Shown here piece by piece: positions 39,206 to 52,930 of a stretch of DNA of 64,000 nt (its first letter is position 1; the number at the start of each line of letters is the position of its first letter). The stretch is from NCBI GenBank assembly GCA_964016885.1, contig OZ024741.1, positions 67,394,001 to 67,458,000 of the forward strand. The letters run 5' to 3'. The notes under the pieces were generated by a model that saw nothing but the letters and a program-made list of their open reading frames with translations, was not told where the DNA came from and did no database searches. A program made the position numbers and the translations under genes. The DNA comes from Eledone cirrhosa (taxonomy: Eukaryota).

Positions 39206-40080
39206 GTCTCGCCAAGGAATCCTGAGTATAGACCTCAGACAACGTCTATAGAAGACACCTTCAATACCATTGATGCTCTAGGTCTTCTTCTGTGTGGTCA
39301 TTGGCATAACTATTAACGAATACAGGTAGAACTTTGTGCCTTGACGAATGGAGTAGTTGACAATTACAGGATCCAGGCACTGAAGGAGAGTTGCAGTGTT
39401 TCTACATATTCCACATATTACTTTCTTTAGTGAGGCTGCTACACATATGTGGATTGGGAGCTGTCTTGTCTCCCCAAACTGCATTACTTTGATTTTTTTT
39501 AATGCTGATTGTAAGACCAACCTTTGATCTGCAGTTGCTACGACAGGTTTCAAGGACTTGCATAATCATAGATATGTTAGTAATCAGTCCTAGTTTGTCG
39601 CTGATAGTCACTGAAACCAAGTTTGTGAGATTTCACGTTTGAAGCCGTATGCTTGATCACTCATCGATCCCATGATGAAATGCACGACTAAAAGACACAA
39701 CAAGTGGGCAAATCACACCCGTGATGCATCCCTGTAATGAAATCATTTAAATGCAGCGGCACATCCTCCAATAAAGCGATTGGATAATGCTGATACAGCT
39801 GGTAAGCACACCATACAGCACAAATATCTTCCAAAGGCCTTCTTGAACTCAATGATGATAACCACAAGCAGATGCTTGAAATTCTGACTTAGTTAACTCA
39901 TGTTTTCTAGCGAGAGGATTTGTTCGTTGGACGACTTTCACACATGATTCCGATAAGAAAACACCGCAAATAAAGTTTGTCAGGTTTATTCCAGGCCTGC
40001 TGTTGCAATCACGTGAAGTTCCTTTCTTGGGTAATGTTACTGACGTTAAATGATCCCAAGTCTTGACGACAAATATGAAT
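39202..40080 (-). pseudogene. Highly degenerate RTE-like LINE RT fragment
   Basis: GLTISIKK..KVM-like motif across frames at about 39490-39520; many stops. Confidence 0.5.
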
Positions 40081-40310
40081 AATCCAAGTTAATTTTAACC
40101 TGTTGACATACACTTATTGTTTATATATACATACATACATATATATATATGAGGTAACAAGTTATCGTTATAGGTAATCCAGTTAGAGGTTGTGAGTATG
40201 TGAGTACTCTGCGTCGTAAATAGTTTTACATACATACATACATGAAACAATTGTCGATACCTGAAATAAAGCCCCTTTTTGTACAGCCAACCATATTACT
40301 CTTCCTTTTT

Positions 40311-40357
<47 letters not shown>

Positions 40358-40701
40358 GTGTGTGTGTGTAAGGTAAAGACCTCTTTCGGTCACAATTGCC
40401 CATGGGGTTTGAACCTAGAAAGTTTCCCTTCCGATGCACAAGCACAGGCAAGGTTGTTTCTGAAAGACCAGCAATCACTCCTGCATACCAGTCACCCCTC
40501 TCCACACCATCAATGTTGTCCAAAATGAACAGGAAATGGCTGATACAGCTTGGCATCAGTATCGTCGTAACTCATATCTACAGCTGAGTGAACTTGAGCA
40601 ATGCGAAATAAAGTTTCTTGCTCGAAGACACAACGCATCACCAATAAGCTATGCGTATACATACATACATACATACATACATACATACATACATACATAC
40701 A

Positions 40702-40736
<35 letters not shown>

Positions 40737-40827
40737 GTGTGTGTGTGTATATATAAATGTACCTATATATATATATATCGGTACATTTCTTTTATTCATG
40801 AATAGAAATGAGCGACCCTATACTCCC

Positions 40828-40935
<108 letters not shown>

Positions 40936-41457
40936 GGTGGTATTTCTATTAATGTATAAAAAAAAAAATATACCTATTTTTCTATTCATGAATCTGTCTG
41001 TCTGCTTATCTTTTTATTTATGACCAAAATTGAATTATATTGTATAACACTCATTTGCACCCATCCGAATCTTTTTCCTCATAAATAATTTTACATCACA
41101 TATCTTTCAATTAAATTTCCCCAAAATACGTTTTCCAATATGCAATATAACAATGTGTATATATAACAATTAAGTTGATGATATTTGTTTTTCAAATTTG
41201 TTTTTAAATTTCATTTTTGCAAATCATGGTAGTAGAGTTGACATACAGCTTCTGTAAAAAATATTCTGACATTATACTGATTAATATTATTCATTTAAAG
41301 TAATTTGCTTCATTCGTCAAGTCATTTTCTGATATAAATTTTGATTAGATGTATAAGACCGTTTTATCATTGAAGTTTCATCTTTCTGAAATTATTATTT
41401 TTTTCTTCTGTATTCTTGCTTGTGTATCTATCAATCTTTCTATCTATGTTGCCCCCC

Positions 41458-41571
<114 letters not shown>

Positions 41572-41726
41572 TCTCTCTCTCTTTCTTTCTCTCTCTCTCC
41601 CTCGCTTTATACACACACATACAGAGACACACAGACACATAGACACACACACGTACACACACACGCATACACACACACACATATATATATATATATAGAA
41701 CATTTTCGCTCTACATGGCTGAATAC

Positions 41727-42294
41727 AATAAATGTAATCTGAGTTTTTCGAATATTAATAATGGTTTCTTATATAGGCACAAGGCCAGCAATTTTGGGGG
41801 AGGAGAAAGTCGATTAAACGGACCCCAGTGCGTGACTGGTACTTTATTTTATCGACCCCGTAAGGATGAAAGGCAAAGTTAACCTCGGCCTTTCATCCTT
41901 ACGGGGTCGATAAAATAAAGTACCATGTCAGTAGAATAAAATCTTCATTCTTGCTCTTGTGTTGGCATGTAAACAGTTTACATGCCAACACAAGAGCAAG
42001 AAAAAGAGTTCATTCTCCTGACATGGCCTGTTTGCATAATTGTAAACGAATCGAATGTTATTAATATTCGAAAGGGCGGTAGATTGGCAGTATCAGTAGA
42101 GGGTCGGACGCCATGCTTTCCAGCATAGTTACGTCCCTTTACGATCTGAGTTCAAATCCCGCCGAGGTTGACTTTGCCTTTCATCCTTACGGGGTCGATA
42201 AAATAAAGTACCAGTAATGAACTGGGTAATTGCTGGCCTTGTGCCTAAAGTAGAAACAATTATTAATATTCGAAAAACTCAGATAACATTTATT
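41727..42294. repeat. Nested inverted repeats built from two opposed SINE copies plus two internal hairpins
   Basis: Outer arms 41727-41890 / 42160-42294; inner hairpins 41837-41925 and 41923-42026. Confidence 0.75.
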
Positions 42295-42300
42295 ATCATT

Positions 42301-42360
<60 letters not shown>

Positions 42361-42564
42361 AAAAGAGTCAGGACCCCGACGGCTGAGCTCCGGTCGTTTC
42401 GACAGCTAGATCCGAACTGTTCAGATCTAGCTGTCGAAACGGCCGAAGCTCAGTCGTTGGGGTCCTGACTCTTTTCCTATTACACACTCTACTACCTTAA
42501 GTATCGAGTACTCTGGTGCGTTATGGTCCACCTGGTTTCTTACCACACTTTCTTTGCTCTTTGT

Positions 42565-42609
<45 letters not shown>

Positions 42610-42971
42610 CAGAGAGAGAGAGAGAGAGAGTCTCTTTAGAGATAGAGAGAAAGAGAAAGAGATACTTTATATTATATATTTATATATATATATTTACACC
42701 AATCTATTTATCTATCTATCTTCGCATCAGTCTACCTAACTATTTATCCATTATTTTTCTGAGAACAATCAACATGGTAAAACAACACGAGAGAACACTA
42801 CAGTAAAATGAGGATATATATTAGTCTATCGATTAACATAATAGGAAAATAGTCTCAAAGTTCGGGTGTTAATCTGTCATCGGAAACTAGAAACAGAGAT
42901 CGAAGAATAAATAGAAAGATAGAGGAGGATACGGGGAAAAAATCTTTTTAACAGGAGGAAAGCATCTGCGG

Positions 42972-43036
<65 letters not shown>

Positions 43037-43776
43037 CGTGTATATATATATATATGTGTGTGTGTAGGTGTGTAGGTGTGTGTGCATAGGTGCGTGTGAG
43101 AGAGAAGGAGAGTGTGTGTGAGTGAGTGTGTTTCCTCCCGCGTCAACATCCAATTAATTTGCCATTTTCAGATTACAATACTAAATTTGAAACATCACGA
43201 AAGATCCCACACACCACCTCCGCAACCACCAACACCACCAACAACATCACAAGACCAACAACCTACACTCCAACCATTACCAACGCCATCATGACCAACA
43301 ACGATATCGGCTCCACATAAAACTTCTCTAATCATCTTCGTTGTTCCCAACACCATCAATCAACGATCGGGAGACAATATTCTTCTGTTAGATGAAGGGA
43401 GCAATGGCAATGACAGTAAAAATTGTGAAACCAATGAAAAAAAACTTATAGGAAAATGTAAAATGACAAGCATCTCTCGATAAAAGGACCATAAAATACA
43501 TATAACAAATGTACCATCAACCTGCCATATTAGGTAACCATATATTCTGTAAATAATATTCATCTAATGGACTTAATTTGAAACCAATCATGCGGACGCG
43601 TATATTCTATCAACATGCTTTTGTCGGCGTCGATTGTATCCGGCTTCTCTCGTTGTACATGCGTTTATATTATATATGTGTGTATATGTGTGTATGAGTG
43701 TATGTATGCATAAACACATAGGTACATACACACATAGATACATACATACATATATATATATAGATACATACACACA

Positions 43777-44385
43777 TGGTAGCTGCCAACTCGTTTTCGA
43801 GTACGGCCACTACTTTATATCCATGTAGGAGAACCCCTACCGATGCACTGAACGAGTGTGACTTTTTAGTCCAGCCAGCGACTTGAAAACTCTGGTACAA
43901 ACACTATACTTGTGACAATTATTGGCACATAGTGCTGGGCCCATGGTATCATGTGACGACAAGTGTAGAGAGATCTCCAGATATAAAGCAATGCCTGTGC
44001 CGTGAAGCTTTTATAGTGAGCAAAGGCACTGCACAAAGCCAGTCCCACTCTCTTAACCAAGATGATATTTACCAAAAAGAAGAACAAGTCAACATCATTG
44101 GAAACCATCAGGGTTGCAGGTGTTATATCAGAGTTTTCCTTCTCCTAGAATTCTGCCTTGACAAAGGCTAAGGGGTCATCTCTCCCGGTGATTTTAGATG
44201 GCCATTGACTCTTAAGAGCTCCTTTGCCCTTTGACAGGTTTTGTTTTTAGTCTTGCAGGATGTCCAAAGTCACCCACGTCACCAAGAAACCTTGGTGGGG
44301 TTGCCAGTTTAGTCGCCAACGACCCGACCATGAGACAGGTTGTACTGGGATACATGTTACCAGTAGCACCAACTGGTGACCTGAC
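43777..44385 (-). mobile_element. About 610-bp non-autonomous element with RTE-type 5' region, array copy 1
   Basis: Minus strand contains CTAGGAGAAGGAAAACTCTGA; flanked by (TATG)n-type repeats; near-identical to 49271-49880 and 50259-50748. Confidence 0.75.
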
Positions 44386-44453
44386 ATATACATACATACA
44401 TACATACATACATACATACATACATACATACATACATACATACATACATACAT

Positions 44454-47400
44454 AGCGACATAAAATGGCGACCATTGTGGTCATTGTCCGATAATCGGAC
44501 GTGTGTAATTACGGCTTACATGAAGGCAACATACCATATATTGGAAAAAGTTGAGCTACATTACGCGGTAAGATTACATACAATAATTCTACATAAGTGT
44601 TTGAACTGTAAGTGTGTTGTAAAACACCTATTTATATGAACGATACATACACTTATGATATATGAACGATACATACACTTTAACATATAAATGCAACGTT
44701 GTTATATTACATTTATAAAGAAATATACAAGTAACGTTTTCGATTCAGAAACAAAAATATAAGTGTTTTAACTGTGAATATGTTGTGAATAGGTTGTAGA
44801 ACACCTATTTATATGAATGATACATAAACTTTAACATATAAATACAGCGTTGTTATATTATATTACATTCATAAAGGAATATACTAAGTAACGGTTCTTT
44901 TTGTTCTCGATTCAAACGATTCAAGAGCAACGTTTAAAACACAGTTGTAGAATTAAAAACTAACTGAAAAGAAATATTACTCAAGCTGTGAATAACTTTA
45001 AATTTGATTCTGACAGAACTTTGTCGTAACTTTTAAAGAAGATCATCGACTATTTTGAAAAATAAATACGAACTATTAGTGAATAGACGAACTCATCATG
45101 GCAAAAAGTACAAGTCTCCTTCGATCAAATCGCAATTACAACCGTTGTACACAGTGGAGCTACGAGCTTAACAAAGTATTATATGAAGCATACAAACAAT
45201 CTGAACCCCAAAAGTTCGGTTTTATGCAAAGGCTAAAAACTTTATGGAACTCCAAACACCCAGAATTAGACTTTTCTCCAAAGCATTTAAACGAACAGGC
45301 AAAACGTATCATTAGATGTAAATTGATACATCTAACGGAATCGAGTGATACTACAAATACAGCCCTTGTAGACAACCGCCCCACCTCCACTGACAGACAA
45401 AGAGAATGGCCAGCTAAATCTAACAGTGAACAGCTCACCAACAATTTTGCTGAAATCCATCCCACTTCCACTGAAGAACAGCGAGAAAGGTCAGCTGACT
45501 CTAGTAGTAATTGTCACCACATCAACAACGAGGCTGAAATTCATGACTCTACTGAACAAACAGAGCACCAAAAACTTGTGGGCTCCCTACAAGTGATATG
45601 GAACGATATGTTTCAAGAGATACACAGCCTTAATGTGAGTGACAGACCATACAACACTAGAGTCAGTAAAGAACCCACTAAATTGGAATTGGAAGCGGTG
45701 AACGAAATAGCTGGCAATTATCTGAAGGCTATACGATCTAAAGGTGTAGAAACGACATTTGAAACGCTTAATGTTTTGTTATATGTTTCAGCTGTCACAT
45801 TGCTATCATATAACACACATCTAAAACCACGCAATCAAGATACAAACAGAAAGCCTGAACCAGCGTGGATGCGAAATTAAAAAACCAAAATTTTGTCCCT
45901 GAGACGAAGTATCTCACACATCGCAGTCGTTTTGAAATGCAACATAGAGAGCACTTCACACAACACCAGGAAGACCTAAAGAAAAAGTTAGAGAGAAGAT
46001 TTGGAGATACAAAATTTAAAACTTTGAACTCCAAATTACACCAGTTGAAACAACAACTCACAGCTACAACAGAAAGACTAAAATATAAGTCAACAGCACA
46101 TAAACGACAAGTACTAAATAGATTGTTTGCCAGAGATCCTAAATCAGTTTATCGCAGCTTCGGTGGCAAAAGCTCAATCTCTGTAAATGACACCCCTTCA
46201 AAAGAACAAGTTGAGAGCTACTGGAGATCTGTATGGGAAACGGATGACGGATTCAACAGACAAGCTAATTGGCTAAAAGAACTGGAACAGGACTACTGCC
46301 AACATGTCTAGACAAAACAATATGACATAGATGGGTCAATACTGGAAACAGCTCTACAGAAAATGTCGAATAGGAAATCGCCAGGCCCAGACCTCATTAC
46401 AGGATACTGGGTGAAGAATTTCACTTTCTATCAGCAAGATCTCATACGGCTGTTTACAGAAACCATTAAGGGCACACAAGAACTGCCCAGATGGTTATCA
46501 ACTGCCTCTACTCTCCTCATTCCCCAAAATAGCCAAACCACCCTTGCTAAAAATTACCGCCCAATTGCCTGCCAAAACATCATGTATAAATTATATACTG
46601 GGTGCCTTAACCTGTTCTTACAGGATCACTGTGCTACCAACAACATCATAACACCTGAGCAAGCTGGTGGAAAGAGGGAGGTGTGGGGTTGCATAGATCA
46701 CCTACTAACTAACAAAATGATTCAGGAAAAAACAACAAAGAATCGCAGAAACATGACTGTCGTGTGGCGGGATTATCAAAAAGCATTTGATAGTGTACTT
46801 CATGGGTGGATTGTTAAGGCTTTACAGTTAGCTAAAGTCCCACAACCATTGGTAGCTGCTGTTGAACGCCTGACCAAGGACTGGTACACCAGTTTGATCC
46901 TTAGAGGTGAGAAGGAGCAGGTTAAGACTGATAAGATACATTACCAGAAGGGCATCTTTCAGGGTGATAGCTTGCCAGTGCTACTCTTCGTTCTCTCACT
47001 GAATCCACTATCTTACCTACTCAGGAAACAAGGTGGACAAAGAAGTGGGACCAGAAGTATCTCCCATCTTTTCTTTGTTGATGACCTGAAGTTGTATGGG
47101 CCAAATATCAATGACATCAAGAAACAATTGGACCTCATTACACAATTTTCAACCGACATCAAAATGAAATTTGGTGAGTCCAAGTGTGCATATTTGGCAG
47201 TAAAACGTGGAAGAGCTGTGCCCTCCTCTAGAAATCTAGAGATGAACGGCCTGACAATACAACCTCTGCAGTCAGGTGACAACTACAGATATCTTGGACA
47301 GGATGAGAATGTCAGATATGATGGACCCATAAATAAGGAGAGAACCAGAACTGAATACCTCAGAAGAGTAAAGAAAATATGGTCATCAGAACTGTCAGCA

Positions 47401-48687
47401 TACAACAAATACATTGCCCACAATACTTATGCTGTGCCAATTCTAACGCCAACATTTGGCCTACTGAACTGGTCATTGCAAGAACTAAGTGAGATGGATG
47501 TTAGAACTCGAAAACTTCTCAGTGTTACTGGGAACGTTAACATCAATGGTGATGTGGATAGGCTATACTTCTCACGCAAGGAAGGTGGCCGGGGTCTAAA
47601 ATCAATATTAACAACATATGAGACCCGGATAGTGACACTGAAGCAACACCTTCAACAGAGGAAAAAGGTTGGCAACCATCTTGCCCAGGTTTATGACCAT
47701 GAAAAAAGAAATATCATTAGAATAGCGACTGATCTGGAGGAGAGATATGGAATAAAGCCTGATATAAATCTCTCACCCAGAGAAATCGGAAGATCCTATT
47801 CAATGTTCAAACAAGATAAAAAAATTGACCAATTTACAGAAAAAGTTGTGCATGGATACTTGAGGCGTAAAACACAGACCATAGAGGGGATAAACCACTC
47901 AAAAAGCCTGGCATGGAGTTCCGACAAGTTTATGACATCACACCTTGAGGGATATCTCTATGCAATACAGGAACAAGAACTCCCTACCAAATATCTGCTG
48001 CACAAAAGAGGAGGGCCAGCAGCTGACAATAAATGTAGGCTATGTAAAACAAAGATCGAGGATGTAAGCCACATTGTTGCCAGCTGCGAAAGAATGTCAT
48101 CTCGCTACTACCTCCCCATGAGACACGATGGGATAGCTAGAACCATCTGGAACGCACTTCGGAAAACAAAATTAACAACAAACGAGGAAGAATATATTGA
48201 GACAGATGGCACTAAGGAATACTGGTGGAACCTGAAAATAAAAACTGCCACCAAATTAAAGCACAACCGGCCTGATATTGTAGTTTGGGACCACACATTG
48301 AAAACGTGTTCTGTTGTGGAGATCAGCTGCCCACTTGATGTAAACGTTGTCAGAAGAATACAGGAGAAGGAGGACATCTACGGACCATTGATGAGGAGTT
48401 TACAAATCCAGTATCCAAGATACACCTTTAGCTTCATACCCATCATTATTGGTGCTACGGGTTATATACCAACCCGCTTGGACCAAAGTATGACTGAACT
48501 TGGATTTGTGGACAAAAAGCGCAGCTCCCTAATTCATAGTCTACAAATGGCTGCGATAGCTGGCACCTTCAAAATTTGCAAAACATTCTTGCGATTCAAG
48601 GGATGACAATTTCTTTTCTTTTACAACCTTGCCACCAGGAAGGTGGCCGGTCAAAAAAATATACTCGAAATTAAGAGAAAGAGAAAA
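44454..48687 (+). mobile_element. R4/Dong-like RLE-type non-LTR retrotransposon, near full length
   Basis: Single long frame (one frameshift at about 45875, one stop at 46309) with RT, CCHC and RLE; (CATA)n on both sides; about 165-bp tandem duplication in the 5' UTR (44595-44915). Confidence 0.9.
45098..48606 (+). pseudogene. RT + zinc knuckle + restriction-like endonuclease polyprotein
   Basis: KSPGPD, YRPIAC, DYQKAFDSV, GIFQGDSL, LFFVDDLKLY, CRLCK...HIVASC, RHD, RPDIVV...EISCP. Confidence 0.92.
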
Positions 48688-48693
48688 CATACA

Positions 48694-48725
<32 letters not shown>

Positions 48726-48770
48726 CATACATATACATACATACATACATATATATACATACATACATAC

Positions 48771-48839
<69 letters not shown>

Positions 48840-49270
48840 CACATACATATATATACATACATATATACATACATATATATACATACATACATACATATAC
48901 ATACATACATACATACATACATATACATACATATACATATATATACATACATACATACATATACATACATATATATATATACATACATATATATATACAT
49001 ACACATACATACATATACATACATACATACATACACACATATACATACATATACACACATACACACATATACATACATATACATACATACACACATATAC
49101 ATACATACATACACACATATACATACATACATATACATACATACATATACATACATACATACACATACATACATACATATATACATACATATATATATAT
49201 ACATACATACATATATATATACATACATACATACATACATACACACATATATACATACATACATATATAT
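48688..49270. repeat. (CATA)n/(TA)n microsatellite
   Basis: Directly visible. Confidence 0.95.
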
Positions 49271-49880
49271 ATGGTGGCTGCCAACTCGTTTTCGAGTACG
49301 GCCACTACTTTATATCCATGTAGGAGAACGCCTACCGATGCGCTGAACGAGTGTGACTTTTTAGTCCAGCCAGCGACTTGAAAACTCTGGTACAAACACT
49401 ACACTTGTGACAATTATTGACACATAGAGCTAGGCCAATGGTATCATCTGACGACAAGTGCAGAGAGATCTCCAGATATAAAGCAATGCCTGTGCCGTGA
49501 AGCTTTTATAGTGAGCAAAGGCACTGCACAAAGCCAGTCCCACTCTCTTAACCAAGATGATATTTACCAAAAAGAAGAACAAGTCAACATCATTGGATAC
49601 CATCAGGGTTGCAGGTGTTATATCAGAGTTTTCCTTCTCCTAGAATTCTGCCTTGACAAAGGCTAAGGGGTCATCTCTCCCGGTGATTTTGGATGGCCAT
49701 TGACTCTTAAGAGCTCCTTTGCCCTTTGACAGGTTTTGTTTTTAGTCCTGCGGGATGTCCAAAGTCACCATCCTCACCAAGAAACCTTGGTGGGGTTGCC
49801 AGTTTAGTCGCCAACGACCCGACCATGGGACAGGTTGTACTGGGATACATGTTACCAGTAGCACCAACTGGTGACCTGAC
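49271..49880 (-). mobile_element. RTE-head element, array copy 2
   Basis: Near-identical to 43777-44385. Confidence 0.8.
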
Positions 49881-50046
49881 ACATATATATATACATACAT
49901 ATATACATACATATATATATATACATACATACATACATACATACATACACATATACATACATATATACATACATATATACATACATATATACATACATAT
50001 ACATATACATACATACATATATACATGCATACATACATATATATAT

Positions 50047-50077
<31 letters not shown>

Positions 50078-50258
50078 CATACATACATATATATATACAT
50101 ACATACATACATATATATATACATACATACATACATACATATATATATATATACATACATACATATATATATATATACATACATACATATATATATATAT
50201 ACATACATACATACACATATACATACATACATACATATATATATACATACATACATAT

Positions 50259-50748
50259 ATGGTGGCTGCCAACTCGTTTTCGAGTACGGCCACTACTGTA
50301 TATCCATGTATGAGAACCCCTACCGATGCGCTGAACGAGTGTGACTTTTTAGTGCAGCCAGCGACTTGAAAACTCTGGCACAAACACCCCACTTGTGACC
50401 ATTATTGACACATAGTGCTGGGCCCATGGTACATGTGATGACAAGTGCAGAGATATCTCCAGATATAAAGCAATGCCTGTGCCGTGAAGCTTTTATAGTG
50501 AGCAAAGGCACTGCACAAAGCCAGTCCCACTCTCTTAACCAAGATGATATTTACCAAAAAGAAGAACAAGTCAACATCATTGGATACCATCAGGGTTGCA
50601 GGTGTTATATCAGAGTTTTCCTTCTCCTAGAATTCTGCCTTGACAAAGGCTAAGGGGTCATCTCTCCCTGTGATTTTGGATGGCCATTGACTCTTAAGAG
50701 CTCCTTTGCCCTTTGACAGGTCCTGTTTTTTTTTTTAGTCCTGCAGGA
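50259..50748 (-). mobile_element. RTE-head element, array copy 3 (5' end interrupted)
   Basis: Matches copies 1 and 2 until gtcctgcagga, then abuts a fold-back element. Confidence 0.8.
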
Positions 50749-50751
50749 TTT

Positions 50752-51580
50752 GTGTCAAAGGCATCATGTGGAGATTCAGGAGTTAAAAAGATGTTCCGCT
50801 TGAAAAAACACAATTACAGGCACCACTCGTTGGAAGTGTAATAGGTATAAGTAAAATCAAAAATCACAAGCAAAGAAACACAGGGAAAGAAGTTATAAGC
50901 AAAGACAATTGGTGTACAGTGCAGGAGTACATAAATACGAACTACAACACAAAAACACTTAAATGAAAATCACATACCGAACTCTATCTAGTGCTTTACA
51001 TTACACCTTACATAAAAAATACCTACATTATTACCACATGCCTCTCTAACAAATTGCACATTATGTTTATAACAAATAAATATGTTTATTTCAACTGCAT
51101 TATAACTCTTTCCTCATACATGTATTATTGACTGTATTGACTCCTGCACTGTACACCAATTGTCTTTGCTTATAACTTCTTTCCCTGTGTTTTTTTGCTT
51201 GTGATTTTTTTTTGCTTCTGCTTTTTGCTTTTACTTATATCTATTACACTTCCAACCAGTGCTGCCTTTAATTGTGTTTTTTCAAGCGGAACATCGTTTT
51301 AACTCCTGAATCTCCACATGACGCCTTTGACACTAATAACAACTATGTATCCTAAATGTTCTAAATGAGTAGGATTCTAGTTACTCGTTTTCGACATTCC
51401 TTATGCTCCGATGATATCAGACTTCCCTCTGGTAGAAACAATTGTCAGCTAATATATCTTCTAAACTAAAATTTGATCGTTTTAACACTTTGAATCTCGG
51501 CTCTGTAAAACACTTGAACATTTGCATTCAGCCTTTTGTCATACCGGTAACCGGCTAGTACTTAGTACTACCCTACATAT
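50752..51580 (+). mobile_element. PLE-type fold-back element with hammerhead
   Basis: 50752-50928 is inverted at 51140-51333; HHR 51405-51449; partial relative at 56190-56335. Confidence 0.7.
51405..51449 (+). ncRNA. Minimal hammerhead, U4C core variant
   Basis: GCT-CCGATGA-TATCAGA..TCTGGTA-GAAAC aatt GTC-AGC; the relative at 56251-56295 has stem II TTCCAGA/TCTGGAA. Confidence 0.65.
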
Positions 51581-51621
51581 TTATAGTTATATCAAACATA
51601 TATAAATATAAATATAAATAT

Positions 51622-51651
<30 letters not shown>

Positions 51652-51655
<4 letters not shown>

Positions 51656-52575
51656 TATGAAGAGAGAAGAAACATTTAGATATAATTAGTAATAAAATGT
51701 ATCATACCTAAACTGCTCCTAAATTCCTCGACTACGTAGTTTCGTGGCATAAACAAAAACAATATATCAAAGATATAGAGTCCTTGCGAGGTCTGCCAAC
51801 TTATCAAGAGGATACCTCATTTTACTAGTCTCAAGAACGCGACTGGTTCAGTCTGGTTCAAACTGAATTGGTCTGTCCCAGTCATTCATTGAGCAACATC
51901 GGTGAAGTTGGCACCCTTAACTCACAGTTGGGTGCGGATGCATTCATGTATATATGTGTGTGTCCGCATGTATCTGTGTGTTTCTAAATATATTAATAAC
52001 TCCCTCTGGTCGAGCAATCTTTGAAGTGTGGGGACAACTGGAAAGCTTCCATTACTCGTACTTCTCGCCTTCTTCACTACCTCTTCTACGGCCTCGATAT
52101 GAATACCCCCTCCGCCTCCGTGGTATTTTCTTCGTGGTTATAAGAGGCTTAGCTCTGTTTCTCGACCGTTATATCGCGTGACTATCTCCCCCTCCGCCTT
52201 TTGGGATTCTTTCTCACGTCGTGTAGACGCGTTCTTGAGACTAGTAAAATGAGGTATCCTCTTGATAAGTTGGCAGACCTCGCAAGGACTCTATATCTTT
52301 GATATATTGTTTTTGTTTATGCCACGAAACTACGTAGTCGAGGAATTTAGGAGCAGTTTAGGTATGATACATTTTATTACTAATTATATCTAAATGTTTC
52401 TTCTCTCTTCATAATGTATTTTTAACTCTGATACTGGTTCAGTCTGGTTCAAACTGAATTGGTCTGTCCCAGTCATTCATTGAGCAACATCGGTGAAGTT
52501 GGCACCCTTAACTCACAGTTGGGTGCGGATGCATTCATGTATATATGTGTGTGTCCGCATGTATCTGTGTGTTTC

Positions 52576-52582
<7 letters not shown>
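51652..52582 (+). mobile_element. Non-coding PLE-type element with inverted arm and partial tandem repeat
   Basis: 51652-51841 is inverted at 52228-52418; 51842-51992 is repeated at 52432-52582. Confidence 0.8.
52257..52344 (+). ncRNA. Hammerhead, U3-A8 variant with branched stem II
   Basis: TCCTC-TTGATAA-GtTGGCA...TGCCAC-GAAAC tacgta GTC-GAGGA; inverted copy at 51725-51812. Confidence 0.75.
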
Positions 52583-52624
<42 letters not shown>

Positions 52625-52628
<4 letters not shown>

Positions 52629-52855
52629 AAAAGAATTCGAAAATGTAACTGGAGTCTTTTTAAGAATATTTATTTGTTTCCTTTACCAATTTCTCAGTTC
52701 TTTTGCTTTTCATTGCAAGAAAAACCACGAACCCTCCATCGCTATTCTACTTTTGAAAAGCATAAGAACTGTGAAACTTGTAAAGGAAACAAATAAATTT
52801 TCTTAAAAAGATTTCTTTTCCTTATACTTTCACTCGTGTGGGACATCTGGTTTTT
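52625..52855 (+). mobile_element. Fold-back copy of the 479-700 family
   Basis: Short inverted arm 52625-52712; U3-A8 HHR at about 52750-52785. Confidence 0.65.

Positions 52856-52924
<69 letters not shown>

Positions 52925-52930
<6 letters not shown>

Noticed and set aside
44454-44530. HDV-like ribozyme at the R4 5' end
   Set aside because: Three simple hairpins are visible but no nested double pseudoknot or catalytic J4/2 could be built.
43777-49880. LTR retrotransposon (RT flanked by 610-bp direct repeats)
   Set aside because: The RT is R4/RLE non-LTR type. The repeats lack TG..CA ends, PBS and PPT, occur a third time, and are separated from the element by microsatellite.
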